A stretch of 64,000 nucleotides of DNA. Origin: Aquificales bacterium (GTDB lineage Bacteria > Aquificota > Aquificia > Aquificales > QOAS01). Of the stretch, positions 50,901 through 58,140 are shown piece by piece. The notes under the pieces were generated by a model, which searched no databases, was not told where the DNA came from, and was given only the letters and a program-made list of their open reading frames with translations. The stretch is taken from the NCBI GenBank assembly GCA_027036735.1, contig JALWDU010000094.1, forward strand, positions 2,326-66,325, given 5' to 3'. The position numbers were made by a program, and so were the translations under genes. How positions within the stretch are numbered: position 1 is the first letter of the stretch; each line of letters opens with the position of its first letter.

Positions 50901-53900
50901 TAAAGGAAACTTTTCCCCTTTCGGGAACAGCCACCAAATCTTTACCCACTTGGAGGTCTTTCAATTCCTTCCAACCTTCGGGGGTCAAAAATTTGTGGTC
51001 TTTTGTAGCCTTTATTTTTGCACCGTTGGAAAGAACGAGTTCGTAAACCTCTTTAACCCCGTTGTCGAAAACTTTGGAAATTTTACCCTTTACGGGTTTA
51101 TTCGTCTCCGTATCCACCGAAAGGACTTCCAAACCCGTTAACTTCCTCTCGACGATTTCCCTCAATTTCAAACTCCTACCGTCGTAGAGGGTTATTTCCG
51201 TATCCCCCGTAAGACAGAGTCCGTAAGTCTCCTTCAAGATAGGTTCGAGTTGGGGAAATTCGTATTCGATGGGCTCCTCGCCGTGCTTTCTCCTTACAAA
51301 GCTATCGACTAGACCCGATTTGAGGGGTCCCGGGCGGTAAAGCGCCAAAACCGCGATTAGGTCGTCGAAGCGGTCGGGTTTTAACCTAACGAGGAGCTGC
51401 TGCATACCCCTACTTTCGAGCTGGAATACCCCCGTAGTCCTTCCGCTCTTTAAGAGGTCGTAAACCTTCGGGTCTTCGTAGTTAAGGGAGAGTAAATCTA
51501 TATCTTCCCCGTAGAGGTCTTTAACCATCTTCTTCATGTGGTCTAACTCTGTGAGGGTCTTAAGTCCGAGAAAGTCCATCTTGAGGAGTCCTATCTCTTC
51601 AAGGACTCCCATGTCGTATTGGGTTGCAACGATAAACTTCTCCTGTTTTGTTTCCTTATCCTTTTCCTTCCTCGCGTATAGGGGAACGAGCTCTATAAGG
51701 GGTTTGGGGGCTATAACCACACCCGCCGCGTGGAAACCGGTATGTCTGGTAAGCCCGTCGAGTTTTTTCGCTATATCGACAGCCCTTTTTAGGGAGGGGT
51801 CGGAATTTACCATTTGACGGAACTTAATAACGGCGTCCTCTATGTCCGGTCTCTCCCCATATTTTTCCTTCAGTTGGTCTATACTCCAATCGGTCATCTC
51901 CTCCAGGGAGAGTTGGGAACCTTGGGTTTCCCCTTGGGGGATAAGTTTGGCGAGCCTATCCGCCTTCTCGAGGGGAATGCCGAGCGCACGGCAGACGTCC
52001 CTGATAACCGATTTGGACTTCAGGACATTGTAGGTAATAATCTGGCTGACGTTGTCCCTTCCGTATTTGCGCCTAACGTAATCTATAACGTCGTCCCTCC
52101 TATCCTGACAGAAATCGACGTCTATGTCGGGCATAGACACCCTTTCGGGGTTTAGAAAACGCTCAAAGAGCAGGTCGTGCTTTATAGGGTCTATATCGGT
52201 AATCCCGAGGGCGTAGGCGACCAGCGAACCGCCGGCGGAGTTGTGTATCGCCACCGTCGAGGTGGTATAGGAGTGGTCGAATGGAACGGTAATGTCGTAA
52301 ACCTCACCCTTATAGGGGACTTTTTCAACACCCCTAACCTTCACGTAGATAAACCTTTCATCGACAAAGAAGGAATCGTTTCGGAAAAACTTTTGACTGG
52401 GCAACTTAATGGGAAATTCTTCAAAGGTTTCGTTCCACCTGAGGAGCTGTTTTCCCGAAAGTTTAACCTTGTATTCGGTATTCCAATTTTCCCTTTTCCT
52501 TTCCCCCTTTATTACGCTCGCCCAAAAGCCGAAGCGTGCCAAAAGCAGGCGAAGCTGATAAGCCAAAGTCTGTGAAGTAGTGGAGTAGATAATAGACGCC
52601 GTTTTGGAGCTTCTGCCGTCGTAGCCGTCCCCCCTAAAGAGGTAGGCGATTAGCGTTTTCACATATTCGTCCTCCCCGTGAAGAACGACCTCGGTCGGTA
52701 TCCTCTTGTTTTTAGCCCTATCCCCGCAAAGGTTTCTCAAAAATTGGGCTACTATTTTGGTCTTAAATTCAACCTTTAAAGCCCTTCTGGTGGAGGACTT
52801 AAAAATTTTTCCCTCTACGTTGAAAACCTCTTTAAACAATCTCAAGAGTTCTTCGGCGTATTTCCGCTCCCACTCGGCGAAACCGAAACCTACAACCCCA
52901 CCGTGTTCGTCAATCTTTGTATAACCCTCGGAGATGAAATAACCGAGAATTTTCGCCAATTTGTGGTCTAACTTTACAAATCTCGGAACCTTTGCGGTTT
53001 GGAGTCTATTGCTTCCCCTCTCGTAGTATAGGGAATTCTTGTCCCACCTTAGGGCTTTACCCTTTTCCACATACCTTAGGAGGTCGAAAACCACACCCTT
53101 TTGGGTCGATTTTTGCCTCGGGAAGACCAAAAAGTCGTCCTTTTTCAACTCCTCTGCGGGTATCCACCTTAACTTGTACTTCTCGTAAGGTTTATCTTTG
53201 CAATACCTATTGCAGGTAGGTTTACAAACCGTTTCCTTTACGGATTTAACCTTGCACTTTTCCGTTTGCAGTGCTAAAACTTTGTGGTCTCCCGTAAGGG
53301 TTAGTTTTTCCCCTCCGATTTCGACCTCTACGAGTTCCTCATTAACTTCATACCTATAGGTGTTTAAAACGGGTAAAACGGCACCCCTGTGGGTTAAAAC
53401 GAAATCCCCGACCGAAACCTCCTTTATGGGTTTGATTTCACCGCTTCCGAGCATTACCGGTGTATCGGGCAAAACGCAACCCCTTCCGGGACCCACCGGG
53501 ATATCGTTCTTTTTAGCCCAGTTGATAAAGTCCTGAACTATGAGGAAATAGCCGGGGAAACCCATTTGGGAGATAACGTCGAGTTCGTATTCCAAACGTT
53601 TCCAATAGGTTTCGTTGTCCTTAGCCTGTCCCCTCTCTATGCGTTTTTTTAGACCCTCCTTTGCCAGTTTACGGAAGTAACTTTCGAGGTCTTCCCCTTC
53701 GGGGACTTCGTAAACCGGCATTTTGTATTCTTTGTTTTCGAAATACTCCAATCGGTCGGATACCTTTTCGGCCACCTCAAGGGTGTTTAAGAGAGCCTTT
53801 TCCCAACCCTCAAAGCGGTTTTCGAATTTCCTCCAAACCTCTTCGGGTGATGCGAAGTGTAGTTCCAACTGCTGGAGTTTTTGCCCGTGAGGGGTTTGGA

Positions 53901-54624
53901 TTAACTCCTGATAGGTGGTTTTCATCTGGAGGGCGGTCAGTATCATATGGGCGACCTTGTCCTCGGGCTTGAGGTAGTGAACGTCGCAGGTGGCTATTAG
54001 CTTAAGGTCGTGCTTTTTGGCGAGTTCTACAAGGATGCGGTTTGCAGTTATCTGCTCCTCTATATCGTGGGGTTGAAGTTCCACATATAGGTCATCTTTT
54101 CCAAATATCTCGACCAACTTTAGGAGCCACTTTTCAGCCTCTCTCTCCTCACCTCGGGAGGCGTAATATGTGGGTAACCCTTTGAGGCAAGCCGTTAAAC
54201 ATATAAGACCCTCTCGGTGTTCGTTTAAAACCTCCAAATCTATCCTCGGTTTGTAGTGAAAGCCCTCCAAAAAGCCTATTGAGGAGAGTTTCATAAGGTT
54301 TTTCAGCCCAACGTCGTTTTTCGCTATAAGCACTATGTGGTGGTTTTGTGTGTCGGTGTAGTTGTCCTCCTTGCCCTTACCCCTCTTGTCGAAGCGGGAA
54401 CCCTTTGTTATGTAAGCCTCCATTCCGATAATCGGCTTTAGACCCTTGTCCTTCAGGGCGTGGTAAAACTTGTAAGACCCGAACAGGTTCCCGTGGTCGG
54501 TCATCGCGACCGCCTTGTAGCCTAGCCTTTCCGCATACTCGGGAAGTTCCTTTATCTTTATAGCCCCGTCGAGGAGCGAAAACTGTGTGTGCAGGTGGAG
54601 GTGAACGAATTCCCTTTTACCCAT
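47992..54624 (-). CDS. dnaE: DNA polymerase III alpha subunit interrupted by three inteins
   Basis: 2210 aa. PHP domain (FVHLHLHTQFSLLDG), GPGRG|SAGGSLVAYALGIT, FNKSHSTAYA, OB fold. After removing 413+139+464 aa the extein is 1194 aa. Confidence 0.95.
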   Translation of the reverse strand: MGKREFVHLHLHTQFSLLDGAIKIKELPEYAERLGYKAVAMTDHGNLFGSYKFYHALKDKGLKPIIGMEAYITKGSRFDKRGKGKEDNYTDTQNHHIVLIAKNDVGLKNLMKLSSIGFLEGFHYKPRIDLEVLNEHREGLICLTACLKGLPTYYASRGEEREAEKWLLKLVEIFGKDDLYVELQPHDIEEQITANRILVELAKKHDLKLIATCDVHYLKPEDKVAHMILTALQMKTTYQELIQTPHGQKLQQLELHFASPEEVWRKFENRFEGWEKALLNTLEVAEKVSDRLEYFENKEYKMPVYEVPEGEDLESYFRKLAKEGLKKRIERGQAKDNETYWKRLEYELDVISQMGFPGYFLIVQDFINWAKKNDIPVGPGRGCVLPDTPVMLGSGEIKPIKEVSVGDFVLTHRGAVLPVLNTYRYEVNEELVEVEIGGEKLTLTGDHKVLALQTEKCKVKSVKETVCKPTCNRYCKDKPYEKYKLRWIPAEELKKDDFLVFPRQKSTQKGVVFDLLRYVEKGKALRWDKNSLYYERGSNRLQTAKVPRFVKLDHKLAKILGYFISEGYTKIDEHGGVVGFGFAEWERKYAEELLRLFKEVFNVEGKIFKSSTRRALKVEFKTKIVAQFLRNLCGDRAKNKRIPTEVVLHGEDEYVKTLIAYLFRGDGYDGRSSKTASIIYSTTSQTLAYQLRLLLARFGFWASVIKGERKRENWNTEYKVKLSGKQLLRWNETFEEFPIKLPSQKFFRNDSFFVDERFIYVKVRGVEKVPYKGEVYDITVPFDHSYTTSTVAIHNSAGGSLVAYALGITDIDPIKHDLLFERFLNPERVSMPDIDVDFCQDRRDDVIDYVRRKYGRDNVSQIITYNVLKSKSVIRDVCRALGIPLEKADRLAKLIPQGETQGSQLSLEEMTDWSIDQLKEKYGERPDIEDAVIKFRQMVNSDPSLKRAVDIAKKLDGLTRHTGFHAAGVVIAPKPLIELVPLYARKEKDKETKQEKFIVATQYDMGVLEEIGLLKMDFLGLKTLTELDHMKKMVKDLYGEDIDLLSLNYEDPKVYDLLKSGRTTGVFQLESRGMQQLLVRLKPDRFDDLIAVLALYRPGPLKSGLVDSFVRRKHGEEPIEYEFPQLEPILKETYGLCLTGDTEITLYDGRSLKLREIVERKLTGLEVLSVDTETNKPVKGKISKVFDNGVKEVYELVLSNGAKIKATKDHKFLTPEGWKELKDLQVGKDLVAVPERGKVSFIPVKGITFVGKEHVYDLEIEKYHNFIGNNIVCHNCIYQEQIMKMSQVLSGFTPGEADTLRKGIGKKRCLTADTLVTLADGSTVELLTLIENYEYRNRGKVKCRYCNSENTYINGKRNNKVSVYCKDCKKTFTVNLINSPLKVASVNKNFHSEPSKIVEVHRNGKDLVYRVKLRYSGTIKATASHLFLTVNGWKPLKKLIKGERIATPLTINVKEHSTTSPERAKIVGYLLGDGNLKSVMFYSSDEEVIKDFIELVSREFPQSEIKVYTNPRNVKAVYIYQKNKTSQRRDIKNFLRSLGLYNQKAEDKFIPNQIMSAPKEVISAFLGALWTTDGSFVITKNYEYSEFLTKSHRLALQILLLLRRFGINAAVKEKKVTYKGQKRTYYRVEVRGRENLLKFLKLIQNHVVGRKKKKLKGLIDKLKQKTTNFKKETLPKEVWLKIQRKAEEKELTLAKLSAKVGEYGGINTSLNITPNRLQKFAAVLEDEELLNLCNGDIFWDYIENIEPIGVEETYDLTVENSNFIANCVIVHNSDLIQKMREKFIEGAVKRGFDRKKIEELWASIEKFASYSFNKSHSTAYAYISYWTAFFKTHYTGVFFAVKLSTEKNENKFISLIKDAKLFGFELLPPDINKSDIHFSLEEKNGKTYIRYGLAKIKGVGEEAAKAIQEAKKKFGSFKSLADFVRKVDKRKVNKKVIEALIQAGAFDFTGESREELLKKVQAEGKPSLAVGQNSLFGTPKGKNGNVNTESVEDFLERLRRERELLGFYISGHPLDKYPHLLERYRTRIEDLEEVESANDLKIPGVVVDFEEKRTRAGKYMAVFNLIDKTGIVECVVFPDVYEVVKDKLGEDKVVVIEGDLTTDFETERKKLIVRRVLTPEDVEKTLKVVIKLKETHVRDETLEKLRKFLKKLSDPYEGTPTYIKLLTGEGDLYEIELGKEYWVLPNANNLNLLKTKLGKLVEILEGGENL
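49309..50700 (-). mobile_element. DnaE intein 3 (aa 1309-1772, LAGLIDADG endonuclease plus CxxC..CxxC insert)
   Basis: CLTADTLVTL..., block B TASHLF, IVGYLLGDGNL and LGALWTTDGSF, ends VIVHN|S. Splits GIGKKR|SDLIQK. Confidence 0.9.
50800..51216 (-). mobile_element. DnaE intein 2 (aa 1137-1275, mini-intein)
   Basis: CLTGDTEITL..., block B TKDHKF, ends IVCHN|C. Splits ETYGL|CIYQEQ. 139 aa with no endonuclease domain. Confidence 0.9.
52240..53478 (-). mobile_element. DnaE intein 1 (aa 383-795, LAGLIDADG endonuclease-containing)
   Basis: CVLPDTPVML..., block B TGDHKV, LAGLIDADG-like ILGYFISEGY and LIAYLFRGDGY, ends VAIHN|S. Splits GPGRG|SAGGS. Boundary codons verified on DNA. Confidence 0.9.
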
Positions 54625-54742
54625 CGGCGGAATTTAAAAATTAGCAAAACCATTTATGGGTTTTAATCGGGTGGAAAAGCCATTAATGTGGGTAAAGGAG
54701 AACAAATTACCTTTTAAAGGAGGTTAAATATTTTATACACCA

Positions 54743-55019
54743 ATGAAAGATAAAATCCTCTGCTCCCGCAAGGGGAAATTTTTGTTTGTGATAATTCCCG
54801 ATAAACCCGAAATAGGAGCCTATGCCTGGAAAATCGATACCGAAACGGGGGAAAATTTACGAATACGCCGACGAAAGCGAAGAGAGGTATAGCGAACTAC
54901 AGGGGACGGTAGAAATCCACAAGGAACTTTGTCGGGAAGTTTGGAGAGTCGATGAAACCTCTTGGAGGGAATGTTTCGAAGAGGAACTCAAACTCTTAAA
55001 GGAAATAGGTTTAGTTTAA
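54743..55019 (+). pseudogene. small ORF split by a +1 frameshift at a G5A4 tract
   Basis: ORF a 54743-54892 (MKDKILCSRKGKFLFVIIPDKPEIGAYAWKIDTETG...) and ORF b 54822-55019 fuse into one ~91-aa reading frame if one base of gggggaaaa (54847-54855) is removed. Confidence 0.3.
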
Positions 55020-55375
55020 CCGTATTTCAGGTGGTTTTACATTTTTTGAAATCCCTTGAAGTTTTTTAAAAAATCCCGTGATTGCAGTAGGCTGGAACCC
55101 CCTTATAGGCTAAAAACTACAAAGGATTATATTAATTTAACATCGGAGAATCTAAAAAGGGTTATTTTATGTCGGAGAATTACCTTAACGGAGACAATAT
55201 AAGGTAAAATACTCCTAAAAGAGGTTTTATTTTCCCAACTTTTGTTGGATTATAGAACTGATAACTTCATATGGTTTCTATATTGGTTTCTCACCTTCTG
55301 GGGGTTTTGATTTTTGGGAAAGCTTCCCCTGAGAGGGGACGCCATAAATCTGCTCCTTTCGGAGGATATACCCCT

Positions 55376-55407
55376 GTTTTTCCTATCCCGCTTTGGGAAT
55401 TTGAAAG
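55376..55407 (+). repeat. CRISPR-repeat-like solitary unit
   Basis: gtttttcctaTCCCgctttGGGAatTTGAAAg compared with the array repeat in its minus-strand reading GTTTTTATGTCCCTAGAAGGGATTGAAAC. They share the 5' GTTTTT, the TCCC/GGGA stem and the TTGAAA tail. Confidence 0.4.
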
Positions 55408-55999
55408 GAATGCTCCTATCGGAGTTTTTACCGAGCAATAACAACGCCCGTTTGGAGCAATTTAGACTTTTTTTCTAATACGTTAGAAGTGTCAGAATTT
55501 AAAGTCCCTTATCGTTTGTTATTGATGTTGCTATTGGTGCCATCTTTTATCTGCGGTTTAAAACTGTCCAAAGCCGGAATACCTGTAACTTTTACGGTAA
55601 CGAGTGGTAAATATTGATAACAATCACAATAAATGTTTCTTTATAAACTAAAGAAGTAAAACAAATTTATATTACCACTAAAAGTGATATCTCTCCTAAA
55701 GAGACTATGTGTATTTGTTTAAATTGAAACCACGATATGAAAAACTTCCGAAGGATGGGCGGATAAAAGGACTCGCTTATTTCCTATATTTATCATCAAT
55801 CTACCGTACAAGTTTTATCCAAATTATCTTAAAAGGGAAATTTCTTTAAACCACTCAACTTTGAAGCTAAAAAGGGGGGATACTCTTATAGCCTTTCAAA
55901 TTTATCCAAGACCTAAAGAGGGACAAATTTTTCCATTGAGGAATTAAAAGAGATCTTAAATAAGGAAAAGTATACTTTTTGAAAAGTAGAGGTTTTAAG

Positions 56000-57748
56000 T
56001 TAATTATTGAATTTAAAATCATTCAAGATAAATTCCTTAATCTTTTCTTTAAATTTATCGTTATACTTCAAATATAAAGTTCCATTTTTAAGAAAAAATT
56101 TTGTTATACAATCTTCAGTCCCCAAGTGAGCTAAGAAATTTCTTTTCTCTTTCTCAAGATAACTTTCTATATTTATATTGTTAATTTGACAATTCTTGTT
56201 TTTAGATATAGCTAGCTCTTGGGGCTCAGAAGATGCTATATTTTTTAACTCATTAATTCTTTTATCCTTCCATTCCCTATCTATAAAGACTTCATTTAAA
56301 TCTAAATTATACTTTCTAAACAGTTCCTTAAAATTTTTCTTTACTTTTTCTATAGGTAAAGCCTCTTCCGAAAACTCTAAATATCTAACACTTTCATTAT
56401 AAAATCCTTTAAAGGAAGCCCAGAAGTTTTGGGTCAAGTTTACTCCCAACATAATTAGATAAGTTAAGTTTCTAAAATATAAGGCATTAAGTTCTTTAGG
56501 ATTTATATTAATTTCTATTATCTTATCATTAACTTTTATGGAAGTTTTGGAAAATATTTGTCTTCTGATGTTGAAAAGTTTACCCAATCCTTGTATTATT
56601 TCATCGGGCTTTAAAAGTTTCTTTTGAAGAACCAAACCTAAAATAATACCTTTTTCTAAACTATTAAACAATAGTATACTTTGATTAACAACTTCTTCAA
56701 AATCCAAACCCGATAAACCCTTAAAATTTAAAGTTCTGGAGAATTTTTTAAAATCCTCACTTTTCATTTTTTCCTTCGTTAAAGGCTTAGAGAAAAATGC
56801 TATTCTTTTTATTTCCTCTACGGAAAAATGTTTTATATCCTCTTTTTGGGGAATTCCCATTACCGGTTCCGCGGATATAAGATAAAATTCTCCTTTATTT
56901 TCTTTTTTTCCGAGAAAGAAAAAATTCCAAAAGACTACAGAGTTATAAAAACTTTCCAAAAGTTCAACTACAGAGGCATTTAAACCGGTTGAAACATCAA
57001 GGTAGCATTGGAAGTTTAGATTTTTATTACCTATTTGGTTTAATTTTTTAATAAAATCGGAAATGAATAAAATATAGAAATATAGAGTTCTATCCTGAAA
57101 TTGTCCGTTAAATTTTAAAATCTTACCCCTTTTCTTATAAAAACCTATAGACGGTATAATTTCATAGTCTATGCTATCCTGTAACAACTTCTTCCACTTT
57201 AAATCTTCTTCCCCCAAAATTTTGAATACTTTAGACTTATTTAAAAATGGTGTTAATTCTTCTTTGCAAAAATCTTGTAAATCCTCCTTTTCGGCAATTA
57301 ATTTATTAAAGATTTCGTCTAGTCCCTGCCACTCTAAATCTTCTTTGAAAAAAGAAACAAAAGCTTTAATTTCATCATAAATTTTTTGGCTTTCTTTTAC
57401 ACTTATGCCTGGTTTTTCAAATCTTTCTAATAGACTTTTTAATTTCTTAGTATAAAAATTTTCGAAATCTTCTTTAAATTTATTTATCAAACTCTTAAAT
57501 TCCGTATCGTTATTTTTACTTTCAGCTTCTATTTCATCAATTTCGAAAATGCTTAAAGGAATTAAAATATTTAACTTAACATTTTGATGTTTATATTCCT
57601 TTAAATACCTGAAGAGTGCCAAAGAGGGTGTTGGGGCTACTATCTTTTTAGTATCGTTGTTTTCACCATTAAATTCCCAAGTAACCAACTTATAGGCTTT
57701 ACTAAAAAAATTTCCTGCAAGGGAATATATCACATTTTCAATAGGCAT
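56000..57748 (-). CDS. csx1: stand-alone Csx1-like CARF/HEPN CRISPR ancillary protein (582 aa)
   Basis: N-terminus VIYSLAGN..YKLVTWEF...APTPSLALFRYL...VKLNILIP fits the CARF/Csx1 pattern. DxTHG-like LDVSTGLN. C-terminal HEPN R-x4-H KRNFLAHLG. Very AT-rich. Confidence 0.6.
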   Translation of the reverse strand: MPIENVIYSLAGNFFSKAYKLVTWEFNGENNDTKKIVAPTPSLALFRYLKEYKHQNVKLNILIPLSIFEIDEIEAESKNNDTEFKSLINKFKEDFENFYTKKLKSLLERFEKPGISVKESQKIYDEIKAFVSFFKEDLEWQGLDEIFNKLIAEKEDLQDFCKEELTPFLNKSKVFKILGEEDLKWKKLLQDSIDYEIIPSIGFYKKRGKILKFNGQFQDRTLYFYILFISDFIKKLNQIGNKNLNFQCYLDVSTGLNASVVELLESFYNSVVFWNFFFLGKKENKGEFYLISAEPVMGIPQKEDIKHFSVEEIKRIAFFSKPLTKEKMKSEDFKKFSRTLNFKGLSGLDFEEVVNQSILLFNSLEKGIILGLVLQKKLLKPDEIIQGLGKLFNIRRQIFSKTSIKVNDKIIEININPKELNALYFRNLTYLIMLGVNLTQNFWASFKGFYNESVRYLEFSEEALPIEKVKKNFKELFRKYNLDLNEVFIDREWKDKRINELKNIASSEPQELAISKNKNCQINNINIESYLEKEKRNFLAHLGTEDCITKFFLKNGTLYLKYNDKFKEKIKEFILNDFKFNN

Positions 57749-57955
57749 TTAAGTATCAATTTTAGAAAACTTTAAAACTTTCCCAAGTTTCGTAAATATA
57801 ATTCTCAACCCACAACCCATTCAAGTTTTTCAACGATATAAATTTGAACTCTATCCTTTTTGGGATTCACAATCCCTTTTATTCTCTATATAAGCCTTTC
57901 CAATTCATATCTCCCTATGAGAGAGACATGGAAAATACTTAACTGATATCTATAG

Positions 57956-57997
57956 CCGCCATTCATCCTTTAGCCAAAGCAAAGGACTTTCTGGCGG
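57956..57997. repeat. imperfect palindrome, reverse-complement copy of the TnpB left-end palindrome (copy 2)
   Basis: ccgcca-ttcatcctttagccaaagcaaaggactttc-tggcgg. The outer stems are identical to 23092-23137, and the 30-nt interior matches the reverse complement of copy 1 at 26/30 positions. Confidence 0.7.
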
Positions 57998-58140
57998 AGG
58001 TTTTGTAAAAAGACTCCCCTTTCATAAGCGCAAGGTAAAATACATAATGTCTTCATAGAAAACGTTCGCTGGAAACCCTCTATCTGTGATAGGGGGAGGA
58101 AAGCGACCAAAGGAGAAAAATGCTTGTAAACTCCAAAAGT

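Noticed and set aside
55250-55444. 64-aa minus-strand ORF in the AT-rich island.
   Set aside because: It encodes a basic low-complexity peptide with no RBS and overlaps the repeat-like/hairpin units. Probably not coding.
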